Positions 1-9,759 of a DNA stretch of 64,000 nucleotides are shown piece by piece. Location: positions 2,250 through 66,249 of the forward strand of contig CBDHDY010000042.1 in the NCBI GenBank assembly GCA_965261885.1, given 5' to 3'. Position 1 is the stretch's first letter. Every line of letters starts with the position of its first letter. Under the pieces are notes generated by a model. The model was not told the origin of the DNA, ran no database searches, and saw only the letters and a program-made list of their open reading frames with translations. This DNA is from Dehalococcoidia bacterium (GTDB taxonomy: Bacteria; Chloroflexota; Dehalococcoidia; Lucifugimonadales; UBA3495). The position numbers and the translations under genes were made by a program.

Positions 1-198
1 ATTAAGGAAATAGTCAGGAGTGTTTCGATGCTTTGAGCAGCGATTGCAGTGGCTGGAGCCGCTGCCGCAGGCATTGCTGCCCTGTTGGGCAGGGGACGGA
101 ACGGGGACAGAAATCAGAATGAAAACCAGGAACAGGCAAGCGAGCCGGAAATAACGGAACAACCGGCGGCGGCACCAGCCTCATAAGGAATACCGCCA

Positions 199-903
199 GT
201 GAGCACATCATCCGGCGCGAATCTGAATAAGATCTACGACTCCGCAGAATCTACTCTCACCGGACTCGGCGACGGTGCATCAATGCTAATCGGTGGATTC
301 GCGGGCCACCACGAGCCGCACACGTTGATTCGAGCCGTCATCTCCTCGTGTGCCAGGGACTTGACCGTCGTATGCCAGGGAACCGGAGCGCCGGATTCCG
401 GCAGGGCCGACATTAACGCACTGGTAGACGCCGGAAGTGTCCGGAAGATCATCTCCCCCTCACCTTTTGACCCCCGCCTCGGGGGGCCGGTAAAGCGGAA
501 ATGGGAATCAGGGCAGATCGAGCTGGAAGTATTGCCCGTGGGCGTTCTCGCCGAGAGGATTCGCGCGGGCGGGGCCGGCATCGGAGGCTTCCTCCTCCCC
601 ACAGGAGCAGGAACACGATTCGCCGAGGGCCATGAGACCCGGCTCATTGATGGGCGGGAGTACGTCTACCAGCCATCCATCCGGGCCGACTTCTCCCTTC
701 TGCGCGCTACGAAAGCGGACACCCTTGGCAACCTGGTTTATTCCGGGACCGGACGCAACTGGAACCCCGTGATGGCCATGGCCGCGAGGGTAACCATCGC
801 CGAGGTGGAGGAAATTCGCGAGCCCGGCGGTATCGACCCCGAGATAGTGATCACCCCAGCCATTTTTGTGCAACGGATTGTCCTGACTTCGTCGACCGTC
901 TGA
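199..903 (+). CDS. CoA-transferase subunit A (3-oxoacid/acetate CoA-transferase alpha type)
   Basis: 234-aa ORF with GTG start. GLGDGASMLIGGFAG near the N-terminus and ADTLGNLVY..TGRNWNPVMAMAA..TIAEVEEI near the C-terminus are typical of ScoA/AtoD-type A subunits. A B-type partner follows. Confidence 0.85.
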   Translation: MSTSSGANLNKIYDSAESTLTGLGDGASMLIGGFAGHHEPHTLIRAVISSCARDLTVVCQGTGAPDSGRADINALVDAGSVRKIISPSPFDPRLGGPVKRKWESGQIELEVLPVGVLAERIRAGGAGIGGFLLPTGAGTRFAEGHETRLIDGREYVYQPSIRADFSLLRATKADTLGNLVYSGTGRNWNPVMAMAARVTIAEVEEIREPGGIDPEIVITPAIFVQRIVLTSSTV

Positions 904-929
904 ACTACGGCCGACATAATCATTCCCAT

Positions 930-2366
930 GTGCGAAACCACTCTAAGAGGCTTGCATACATGCCAGGCGACAGACTGGACCCCCGGAAAATGGCCCTCAG
1001 GGCAGCGCAGGAGATACGGTCTGGAGAAACCGCAGCGATTGGATCGGGCCTCGCCGCCGCCATCTCCGGGACGGTTCCGGCAGGAAGCGGAGTCTGGCTG
1101 CTCTCCGAAAGCGGCGCGGTAGGATACCGCCCCGGACGAGGATCCTCGATTGTCGACGGAGTCGGCGAACCCGCGGTCGTGCTGCCGGGCGGGGTGGTTG
1201 TCGGCGCGATAGACGTGGCGTCGATGCTGGCAGGCGGCCACGTCGGCGTTGCATTCGTTGAAGCCGCACAGGTGAGCCAGCGCGGCGACTTCGTCCACTG
1301 GACCACCGCTGAAACACTCAGTTTGGCCGCTCCCGGATTCGCAGTTGACCTGGCATCCGGCGCACAGCGTCTGATTGCCTTGACGCCGCACGCAACGGAC
1401 GGAGGCATCTCGAGAATAGTTGATCACTGCAGCCTGCCGGTTGACGGCGTGGGATGCGTGTCGCTGATTGTTACGGATATTTCCGTACTCCGGGTTACCG
1501 GTTCCGGACTGGAGCTGATCGAAGTCGCTCCCGGCTGGTCATCCGACGACGTGGTGTCCATGTCCGATGCTCCCCTCACTGTAGCTGAGAACCTGCGCGA
1601 AATGACCTTTGACGTTCCCACGCTTCCTTGGCCCAACAAGGTCTACGCCAGCGCGTCAGAGGCGGTCCAGGACATCCCCGACGGCGCCGTGGTCAACGTG
1701 GACGGATTCGGCGGTCCCGGCGGGATGGCCCACTACCTGATGGTGGGGCTTCGGGACCATGGCGCCAAGGGCCTGACCATGATCAGCAACACCGCTGGCA
1801 TTGCCCGGGTGGCCCGGTTCGGCGCACCCGAGGGAGTGACCCCAATCGACCACACCATCCTGGTGGAGAACGGCCAGATCGCCAAGGCCATAGCCTCCTA
1901 CCCGGTATCGCCGTCCATCAATCGCCCCAGCGCCTTCGAACGTGCCTACCAAGAGGGCGAGTCGGGTCTTGAGGTCTCTCCCCAGGGCACCCTGGCAGAG
2001 CGGCTGCGTTCCGGCGGTGCAGGCGTCGCCGCCTTCTACACACCGACCGCCTTCGGCACTCTGTTGGGAGAAGGCAAGGAGGTCCGCGAGATCGAAGGCC
2101 GGCCCTACGTGCTGGAGCAGCGAATTCTGGCGGACTACTGCATCATCCGGGGACACAAGGCTGATACCCTGGGCAACATGGTCTACAAGGGCACCTCCCG
2201 CAATTTCAACCCGGTAATGGCCACGGCAGCCCGCACCACCATCGTGGAAGTGGACGAAATTGTCGAGCCGGGGGAGCTGGACCCGGAGGCGATCGTTACC
2301 CCGGGAATATTTGTAGACCGCATCGTAAAACGCCCGGACGACTTTTCCCCTTATCTGGACATGTAG
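930..2366 (+). CDS. Fused CoA-transferase: subunit-B-like N-terminal half plus subunit-A-like C-terminal half
   Basis: Single 478-aa ORF. The first ~225 aa are B-like (LLSESGAVG = SENG-type Glu motif; LIVTDISVLRVT..GLELIEVAPGW). The last ~240 aa are a second A subunit (KVYASASEAVQDIPDGAVVNVDGFGG ... ADTLGNMVYKGTSRNFNPVMATAA). GTG at 930; ATG at 960 preceded by AAGAGG is an alternative start. Confidence 0.8.
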   Translation: MRNHSKRLAYMPGDRLDPRKMALRAAQEIRSGETAAIGSGLAAAISGTVPAGSGVWLLSESGAVGYRPGRGSSIVDGVGEPAVVLPGGVVVGAIDVASMLAGGHVGVAFVEAAQVSQRGDFVHWTTAETLSLAAPGFAVDLASGAQRLIALTPHATDGGISRIVDHCSLPVDGVGCVSLIVTDISVLRVTGSGLELIEVAPGWSSDDVVSMSDAPLTVAENLREMTFDVPTLPWPNKVYASASEAVQDIPDGAVVNVDGFGGPGGMAHYLMVGLRDHGAKGLTMISNTAGIARVARFGAPEGVTPIDHTILVENGQIAKAIASYPVSPSINRPSAFERAYQEGESGLEVSPQGTLAERLRSGGAGVAAFYTPTAFGTLLGEGKEVREIEGRPYVLEQRILADYCIIRGHKADTLGNMVYKGTSRNFNPVMATAARTTIVEVDEIVEPGELDPEAIVTPGIFVDRIVKRPDDFSPYLDM

Positions 2367-2386
2367 GGGACATTGAGGAACAAGAC

Positions 2387-3076
2387 ATGGCTGTTGACCT
2401 GGAATCGTTGGCGGAAAAGGAAAGGCTGCCCCGCGAGATAATAGCCATGCGGGTCGCCAAGGAGTTGCCAGACGGTGCCTACGTGAATCTGGGCATCGGC
2501 ATCCCCACCCTGGTCTCCAGCTTTCTGCCCGAAGGCCGGACGGTTTTCTACCACAGCGAAAGCGGCATCCTGAACTGCGGGCCCCTGGCCGATGAGGGCG
2601 ACGAGGATATCGACCTGATCAACGCGGGAGGCCAGTTCCTCGAGCCAGTCCAGGGAATGTCGTTCTTTGACTCGGCGCAGGCCTTCGCCATGATCCGCGG
2701 CGGTCACGTTGACGTTACGGTACTTGGCTCGCACCAAGTCTCGGCCAACGGCGACCTGGCCAACTGGATGCTGCCCCACCGCGGAGTAGGCAATGTGGGG
2801 GGCGCCATGGACCTGGCCGCTGGCGCCAGCGGCGTGATCGTGGCCATGGAACACACCGACCGCCAGAACAACCCCAAAATCGTTGAGGAGTGCACCTTCC
2901 CGGTTACGGGACAAGGCTGCGTCTACCTGATTGTGACCGACCTGGCCGTAATCGAGTGCACTCCGGACGGCCTTGTCCTGAAAGAGGTAGCCCCAGGCTG
3001 GACCCCCGAAGAAGTCCAGGCCCTTACCGGCGCCACCCTAATCATCCCCGACGACGTGGGAGAGTTCGAACTCTAG
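2387..3076 (+). CDS. CoA-transferase subunit B
   Basis: 229-aa ORF. RVAKELPDGAYVNLGIGIPTLV, HSESGIL (catalytic Glu motif) and LIVTDLAVIECTPDGLVLKEVAPGW are typical of ScoB/AtoA. Confidence 0.88.
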   Translation: MAVDLESLAEKERLPREIIAMRVAKELPDGAYVNLGIGIPTLVSSFLPEGRTVFYHSESGILNCGPLADEGDEDIDLINAGGQFLEPVQGMSFFDSAQAFAMIRGGHVDVTVLGSHQVSANGDLANWMLPHRGVGNVGGAMDLAAGASGVIVAMEHTDRQNNPKIVEECTFPVTGQGCVYLIVTDLAVIECTPDGLVLKEVAPGWTPEEVQALTGATLIIPDDVGEFEL

Positions 3077-3101
3077 GCAGCGATGCCATAGCGGGACCCA
3101 A

Positions 3102-6100
3102 ATGACAATTCCTAATGATTCAGGCCAGCTTTCACCCGGCCTTTATGACATTCTCCTCGACCAGAATCTGCGGGAGCGGCTGTCAAGCCTCGTCAACAAT
3201 AGACTTGTGCCGGGCATCGATATAGTCGATTCCGCGGAGATCCCCGACAGGGTGGGAGAAATAATCGGAGTCTGGGCAAAACGAATATTGGCGGCCCAAC
3301 CCTCCGGAAATCGTGTCGAAGTTGCATCAACGCTGTCCGCTGCCCTTCTGACTGTCCTTGGGGACCTATATCCTGAACCTCCTCAAGCAAAATTAGCCAT
3401 CAGCCAGGAAGTTCTTCGGCTAACGGCAATAGAACCGATGAATCCGCTCGGTGACGCAATTCGCATCGCTCGTCCTCACACCCCATTGCGTGACACAGTG
3501 CTGATGACAAACGCCCGCGGCCAGCCCTCTTTGGCCAACGAGATTGCTGCAGAAATTGAATCGGCAGACGGAATTGACATAATCGTGGCTTTCGTCAGGT
3601 GGAGCGGTATCCGACAAATTCGCGATCGTTTGCGCAAACACGTTCAAGAAGGAAAGCCTCTACGTGTTATCACCACAACCTACACTGGTACAACGGAACT
3701 CAGGGCACTGGAGGAATTGGAGCGCATAGGAGCACAGATCAAAGTTTCCTACGATATCGGTTCAACGCGCCTTCACGCGAAGGCTTGGAAGTTCCATCGT
3801 GATTCAGGGTTCTCAACGGTATACATCGGTTCTTCCAATCTGACCCACTCTGCGCAAGCCACCGGCCTGGAATGGAATGTGCGGGCCTCGCAGCGTCTCA
3901 ACCCAGATCTCGTCTACGCCTTTGACAGAACATTCGAAACCTACTGGCAGGACCCTCATTTCGAGGATTTTGACGGCGAGCGGTTTTCACGGGAAACAAA
4001 GGTCGAACCCCGCACAGACGCTATCCTGACTCCATTTAGGATCGAGCCTTACCCATTCCAGCGGCAGATGCTCGACCGGCTGCAGATCGAACGAGACCGA
4101 GGCTATCGGAACAACCTGATTGTGGCTGCCACTGGCACTGGCAAGACGGTCGTTGCGGCGCTGGATTACCGGCGTTTACGATCCACCGAGGACCGGGCAC
4201 GCCTGCTGTTTGTTGCGCATCGCAGCGAGATATTGGAGCAGAGCCAGGCAGTCTTTCGCCATGCTCTAAATGACGGTTCTTTTGGAGAGCTCTGGGTATC
4301 GGGAAATAGACCAACCCAATGGGAGCACGTGTTCGCCTCGATTCAGTCCCTTTCGGCGTCTGATCTGACGAACTTTGATCCCGAGCGATTCGACATCGTT
4401 ATTGTTGATGAATTTCACCACGCCGCGGCAGCGACGTATGAAGCTCTTTTGAATCATGTTCGTCCCAGGATACTATTGGGCCTCACAGCGACACCGGAAA
4501 GGGCGGACGGGCTTGATATCTTACGTTGGTTTGATGGTCGAACTGCTGTCGAGTTGAGGCTCTGGGACGCCCTGGAACAGGGATTGCTTTCTCCCTTCGA
4601 CTACTTCGGTATTCACGACCAGCAGGACTTGTCTCGCATAACCTGGCGCCGGGGTACTGGGTATGACGTCAATGCGCTCACCGAGCTGTACACCCGCAGC
4701 CAATCCTGGATATCGCGCGTTATCGCTGCCGTACAGGACAAAGTAAGCGACCCTATGTGCATGAGGGCCCTGGGATTCTGTGTCAGTATACGGCACGCAG
4801 AATTTTTGGCCGACCAATTTAATAAGGCAGGCATCTCGGCCCGTGCAGTTACCTCTGAAACCCCCGCTCAGGAACGACATGAGAAACTAACCGCGTTGCG
4901 GCGCGGAGATCTACAAGTTCTGTTTACCGTGGACCTGTTCAATGAGGGGGTGGACGTTCCTGATATAGACGTGGTGCTGATGCTCAGGCCTACGGACAGC
5001 GCCACGATCTTCCTGCAGCAGCTCGGCAGGGGGCTCCCGGCGAGCTGAAGACAAGAACGTTTTGACGGTCTTGGATTTCGTAGGTCATCAGGCACCAGCA
5101 ATTTCGGTTTCGACCTAAAATTTCGAGCACTACTCGGTCGTACGCGCAAGGAATTGGAGTCGGATATCCAGGACGACTTTCCATTTCTTCCACCGGGCTG
5201 CCAGATCGACCTCGATACTGTCACGAAAGAAATCGTACTTAACAACGTCAGGAACGCTATTCCCAATAGCCGTTCCAGGAAAGTCCAGGAACTCAGGTCC
5301 CTTGGGGACGTGTCTCTTAAAACATTCCTGGGAAGAGAGTGGGGCTGGAGCACCTTGACATCTACCAGGGCAATGGCAGCTGGACAGAGTTGCGCAGGGC
5401 TGCCCATTTACCGGTCCCCGATGAAAGGGATGGTGAAGCCACTTTTCGTCGGGGAATTCAGCGCACGCTGCACTACGATGACCATGACCGCATAGAACGC
5501 TATCGCAACTACTTGAGAGAGGACCAGCCTCCATATATGGACAATCTGGATGAGCAGGACAAGCGGAGGATGTCCGGGCTATTACTTACCCTCAGGAATC
5601 CTTCCAAGGGCAGCTATGCTAACCTCGACCAGGCGCTCGCCGATTTCTGGCAACACGAGGCCATTCGTCGTGAACTCACCGAGCTTCTGGATATTTACGA
5701 TAGTCAGATTACGCACCTGCAGCGGCCTTTGGGGTTGAGCTATGAAATTCCATTACAGGTGCATGCTACTTACAGCCAGCAGGAAATTCTGTCCGCTTTC
5801 GCATCTTCCAGCGTCACCAACCCTGCTCGAATCCAGGCGGGAGTTTATTTTCACCAACAGACGCAGACTGACCTGTTTTTTGTCACGCTGGAGAAATCAG
5901 AGAAGTATTACTCCCCATCCACCCGGTACCTGGATTACGCGATCAGCGACGAGCTGTTTCACTGGGAAAGCCAGGCAAACACATCAGCTGCCAGCGAAAC
6001 TGCTCAGCGGTATTTCAATCACGAATCCCGCGGGTCAAACGTCGTGCTCTTCATCCGGACCGCCCGACAGGACGGCTGGCGGCGTACAATGCCGTATTTC

Positions 6101-6220
6101 TGCGCGGGTACTGCCAGATACATTAAACATCGTTCCGAGCGCCCGGTACAGATCACTTGGCGTCTGGACCACAGGTTGCCTGGCGACGTGTTTGCCGAAT
6201 ACCGCGCTGCCGTGGCATAG
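3102..6220 (+). pseudogene. PLD-nuclease / SF2 helicase / DUF3427 protein, disrupted by at least three frame changes
   Basis: 3102-5048 encodes an HKD motif (RLHAKAWKF..GSSNLT), Walker A VAATGTGKT and DEFHH. The reading continues in other frames: AEDKNVLTVLDFVGH (from ~5044), NFGFDLKFRALLGRTRKELESDIQDDFPFLPPGCQIDL (from ~5100), then LEHLDIYQGNGSW... and the DUF3427-like C-terminus (5339-6220: FFVTLEKSEKYYSPSTRYLDYAIS..FHWESQ). GC is lower than the flanks. Confidence 0.8.
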
Positions 6221-6292
6221 AGGAACGATCTCCATACAGGGTCTGCTCTCCGAAAGGGCGGCCCTTAGCCAACATCGACTGGCGAGAACACA

Positions 6293-6900
6293 TCAGTTTT
6301 CCGAAGCAGCCATGGAAAATACGTCGTCCGAAATCTCATCCTCTGTCTGGGTATTTCTGCGGATTACATCAGCCAGAGCTGTGGCCCGCAATTCCTCGAG
6401 ATGTTCATATATGGACAGGAAGTAAGGGTCATTCTCGAACCAGAACCGGTCGCCATATCGGTCGAATGTGAAGTCCCCGGGGGCACTGAGATAGGCGGGG
6501 AGTTCCCCGCCTCCCCAGCCGGAGTATGACTGACGTCATGATCCAGAATCTGGCCCCACTGCCACAGCATGCTGCTCGCTCCTGCCGAATTAAACACTGA
6601 CTCATCCTGCGACATTGCGGAGTTGCTGATGCTGCGAGCACTGGGCAGCCAGTCTGGTGCGGCGGATATCTTATCTATGTACGAAATCGTGTCCTGTCGC
6701 AGCAGTTCTGTCCCGGTTTGGTCCCATTCTGAATGCCTCCAGTTTGTTGTACCGGCCATCCCTTGCCCGGAAGAGGAACGACGGGTGGAGTTCCCGCAGC
6801 CCAACCTGTACTGTTTCGTCCTCTTCCGCGTCTGCAGCATCCCCGTCCATTCCGTCGTTGACACCCAAATTGCGACGCTGATAGCATTGCAGCATCTCGA
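6293..6900 (-). pseudogene. Remnant of an animal-type heme peroxidase (frameshifted, large internal deletion)
   Basis: Minus-strand frames read ..RDGRYNKLEA.., then ..LPSARSISNSAMSQDESVFNSAGASSMLWQWGQILDHDVSHTP (WGQFxDHD distal-His signature). The C-terminal signature follows almost immediately: GDFTFDRYGDRFWFENDPYF...LADVIRRNT...DDVF, with the stop at 6293. About 1.2 kb of a normal peroxidase is missing between the two signatures. Confidence 0.65.
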
Positions 6901-6915
6901 GTAAGGAGAGCGATT

Positions 6916-8331
6916 GTGGCTGGAATTGCTGCGTTCGGAGCCTATGTCCCTCGCTACCGCCTGGGGGCATCCACCGAAGGCTGGGGCTCCCGGGTGGAGC
7001 GTTCAGTGGCCAACTTTGACGAGGACAGCGTCAGCATGGCAGTGGCCGCCGGACTGGACTGCCTGGCCGGACGCGATCGCAACGAGATCGACGGGCTGCT
7101 GTTTGCCACCACAACGCCTCCCTACGCCGAGAAGGGCTGCGCCTCTATCATCGCTACCGCCCTCGACCTGCGCCGCGAAATATTTACGGCCGACATAACC
7201 GATGCCCTCCGCTCCGGAACGTCTGCGTTGAAACAGGCCCTCGACTCTGTCGCGGCCGGCTCCGCGCGGCAGGTACTGGTGATCGCCAGCGACAGCAGGC
7301 AGGGTGCCCCCAGGGGAGACGCCGAACGCAACTCCGGAGATGGAGCGGCGGCCTTCATCGTCTCCGACAACGGCGTCATTGCCGAACTCGAGGGCTCGTA
7401 CAGCATCTCCGAGAACATGATGGACGTATGGCGCAGCGCCGGCGACCAATTTCTGCGCTCCTGGGAGGACCGGTTTGCAATAGAGGAGGGCCTGGAACGC
7501 ATTCTCGGAGACGCCATCGCCGGGTACATGGAACGGCAGGGGATAGCTGCACGCGACGTGACCAAACTGGCGCTATACGCTCCTGATGGGCGGCGCCACC
7601 AGCAGTTGGCGCGGCAGATGGGCTTCGCCCCCGAGCAGGTACAGGAGGCAATGTTCGGCAGACTCGGCAATACGGGAGCGGCATTCGTTCCCATGATGCT
7701 GGCCTCAGCGCTGGAGGATACCTCCCCAGGCCAGATGGTTTTAGCCGTGTCATACGGCGACGGCAGCGACGTTCTGGGGTTTCGGACCACGTCCCTCGCA
7801 GGCGGCGGCTTCGCGGGCAGCGGAGTCAGCGGGTTCCTTAATACCGGGAAGGCGCTGGACAGCTACGAGACCTATGCCCGGTGGAGAGACGTCTGGGTTT
7901 CAGACGCTGCGTCGCGTCGCCCCCAGGCGCAGTCGCCATCGGTCTCGGCATTATGGCGCGAGGGCGACCGCAACATCCGTTTCTACGGTGCCACCTGCAA
8001 TCAGTGTAGTTTCGTGCAGTACCCGCCGCAACGGGTCTGCGTCAATTGCCAGGCCCGCGACGACTCCACTCCATTGCGCCTGAGCGACAAGCCAGGCAGG
8101 GTGTTCACCTACTCCATGGACTACCTGGCTGGCACCACCGATACTCCGCTGGTCATCGCTGTGGTGGATTTCGATGGCGGAGGGCGTACCCTCTGCATGA
8201 TTACCGACCGCGAGCTTAACGAAATCCAGATCGGAATGCCTGTGGAGATGAGCTTCCGCAAGCTCCGTGTCGTCAACGGAATCCACAACTACTACTGGAA
8301 GGCCGTGCCGCAGCGAAACGCGGTCGATTAG
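6916..8331 (+). CDS. HMG-CoA-synthase-like domain fused to a DUF35 zinc-ribbon/OB-fold domain (apparently non-catalytic)
   Basis: 471-aa ORF with GTG start. The N-terminal ~300 aa are collinear with HMGCS (GAYVPRYRL, GNTGAAF, VSYGDGS). The C-terminal part has CNQC..CVNC plus an OB-fold segment (GRVFTYS..VVDFDGGGR). At the expected E/C/H triad positions it reads ATTT, DALRSGT and LYAPDG. Confidence 0.8.
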   Translation: MAGIAAFGAYVPRYRLGASTEGWGSRVERSVANFDEDSVSMAVAAGLDCLAGRDRNEIDGLLFATTTPPYAEKGCASIIATALDLRREIFTADITDALRSGTSALKQALDSVAAGSARQVLVIASDSRQGAPRGDAERNSGDGAAAFIVSDNGVIAELEGSYSISENMMDVWRSAGDQFLRSWEDRFAIEEGLERILGDAIAGYMERQGIAARDVTKLALYAPDGRRHQQLARQMGFAPEQVQEAMFGRLGNTGAAFVPMMLASALEDTSPGQMVLAVSYGDGSDVLGFRTTSLAGGGFAGSGVSGFLNTGKALDSYETYARWRDVWVSDAASRRPQAQSPSVSALWREGDRNIRFYGATCNQCSFVQYPPQRVCVNCQARDDSTPLRLSDKPGRVFTYSMDYLAGTTDTPLVIAVVDFDGGGRTLCMITDRELNEIQIGMPVEMSFRKLRVVNGIHNYYWKAVPQRNAVD

Positions 8332-8369
8332 GGTATATTTGTTCAAAAACAGACAGGGCAGAGGTTAAT

Positions 8370-9542
8370 ATGAGCGGAATCAAGGATCGAGTGGCCGTCA
8401 TCGGCATGGGTTGCACCAAGTTCGGCGAGCGCTGGGACGCCAGTTCCGCCGACCTAATGGTGGAGGCTGCCTACGAGGCATACGAAGACGCAGGCTTGGA
8501 GGGTAAGGACATACAGGCGGCATGGCTGGGCACGGTGTCGTCCTTCCGTACAGGGCAGCCGCTCGCTGACGCGCTGAAACTGGACTACATTCCCATCACC
8601 CGCGTCGAAAACGCCTGCGCTACGGCTACCGACGCCTTCCGCAACGCCTGCTACGCAGTGGCCGCCGGTGTCTACGACATCGTGCTGGCCCTTGGCGTAG
8701 AGAAGCTCAAGGACTCCGGGTTTTCCGGACTGGCTGTTCCCGAAGGCCCGGGCTCCGATGTCAACCCCCCAGTGCCCCCGCCCTCGCAGTTCGCCCTGGC
8801 CGCAACGCGCTATTTCCACGAGTATGGCATTCCCTTCGAAGAGGGGAAGCAGACGCTGGCCCAGATCGCGTCCAAGAACCACCACAATGGCACCATGAGC
8901 CCCAAGGCCCACTTCCAGCGCGAGGTCAGCGCCGAGCAGGTGGCCAATGCCCCCATGGTCGCCTGGCCGCTGGGTCTGTTCGACTGCTGCGGCGTCAGCG
9001 ACGGGGCCGCCGCTGCCATCATCACTACACCGGAGATCGCCAAGACCTTCCGCGACGACTACATCCTGGTCAAGGGCATCGGCCTGTCCGTCGGCGCCTA
9101 CGGCATCATGCGCAACGACTGGGACTTCACCCACTTCCCCGAGACGGTGCGGGCCAGCCAGTCGGCCTACCAGGAGGCGGGCATTTCCGACCCGCGCCTG
9201 GAAATCGACTTGGCCATGGTCCACGACTGCTTCACCATCACCGAGCTGATCATTTACGAAGACCTGGGATTCAGCCCCCGGGGCCGTGCCAGCTCAGACG
9301 TGGAGGCGGGCACCTTTACGCTGGAGGGTGATTTGCCGGTGAACACGGATGGCGGGCTCAAGTGCTTTGGCCATCCTATTGGCGCCAGCGGCATCCGGAT
9401 GATCTACGAGGTCTATAAGCAGCTTCAGGGCAAGGCTGGTGCTCGCCAGCTCCAGAAGGCCGACTTGGGTCTGACACACAATCTTGGCGGACGACCCGGA
9501 TCATTCACCTGCTCCGTGGCCCTGTTCGGCACCCGCGATTAA
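8370..9542 (+). CDS. Thiolase (SCP-x / non-specific lipid-transfer type)
   Basis: 390-aa ORF. It has VAVIGMGCTKFG, the nucleophile motif VENACATATDA, and C-terminal GHPIGASGIRM and HNLGG. Confidence 0.9.
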   Translation: MSGIKDRVAVIGMGCTKFGERWDASSADLMVEAAYEAYEDAGLEGKDIQAAWLGTVSSFRTGQPLADALKLDYIPITRVENACATATDAFRNACYAVAAGVYDIVLALGVEKLKDSGFSGLAVPEGPGSDVNPPVPPPSQFALAATRYFHEYGIPFEEGKQTLAQIASKNHHNGTMSPKAHFQREVSAEQVANAPMVAWPLGLFDCCGVSDGAAAAIITTPEIAKTFRDDYILVKGIGLSVGAYGIMRNDWDFTHFPETVRASQSAYQEAGISDPRLEIDLAMVHDCFTITELIIYEDLGFSPRGRASSDVEAGTFTLEGDLPVNTDGGLKCFGHPIGASGIRMIYEVYKQLQGKAGARQLQKADLGLTHNLGGRPGSFTCSVALFGTRD

Positions 9543-9579
9543 TTCGCTTAACCCTTCTCGTGCTCTCCTGAGACCGAGC

Positions 9580-9616
9580 GGCCGCGCCCCTTTCCGGGGC
9601 GCGGCCTCCCTTTTTC
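9580..9616 (+). terminator. Rho-independent terminator after the thiolase
   Basis: GGCCGCGCCCC-TTTCC-GGGGCGCGGCC (11-bp perfect stem) followed by TCCCTTTTTC. Confidence 0.7.
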
Positions 9617-9705
9617 ATCTGCCCACGTCTCGCCCCGGATGCCCATGTCTCTCACTATTTAGTTCACATAATCTAAAATTACCCCCAAATTTCTTTCAAA
9701 ACATA

Positions 9706-9735
9706 TTGATAAATACGGTGCCGGACTGATATAAA
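9706..9735 (+). promoter_or_regulatory. Sigma-70-like promoter candidate upstream of minC
   Basis: TTGATA (9706-9711), a 17-18 nt spacer, then ATATAA/TATAAA (9729-9735), in an AT-rich 140-bp gap. Confidence 0.35.
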
Positions 9736-9759
9736 CGACATTACATAATTGGGAGTGGG

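Noticed and set aside
738-1427. 229-aa and 162-aa minus-strand ORFs over the CoA-transferase genes
   Set aside because: They are antisense to genes with unambiguous CoA-transferase motifs, so they are shadow ORFs.
5742-6425. 227-aa + strand ORF
   Set aside because: It is an alternative frame of the DUF3427 C-terminal region, running on into the peroxidase remnant. The DUF3427 frame (5339-6220) carries the recognisable signature.
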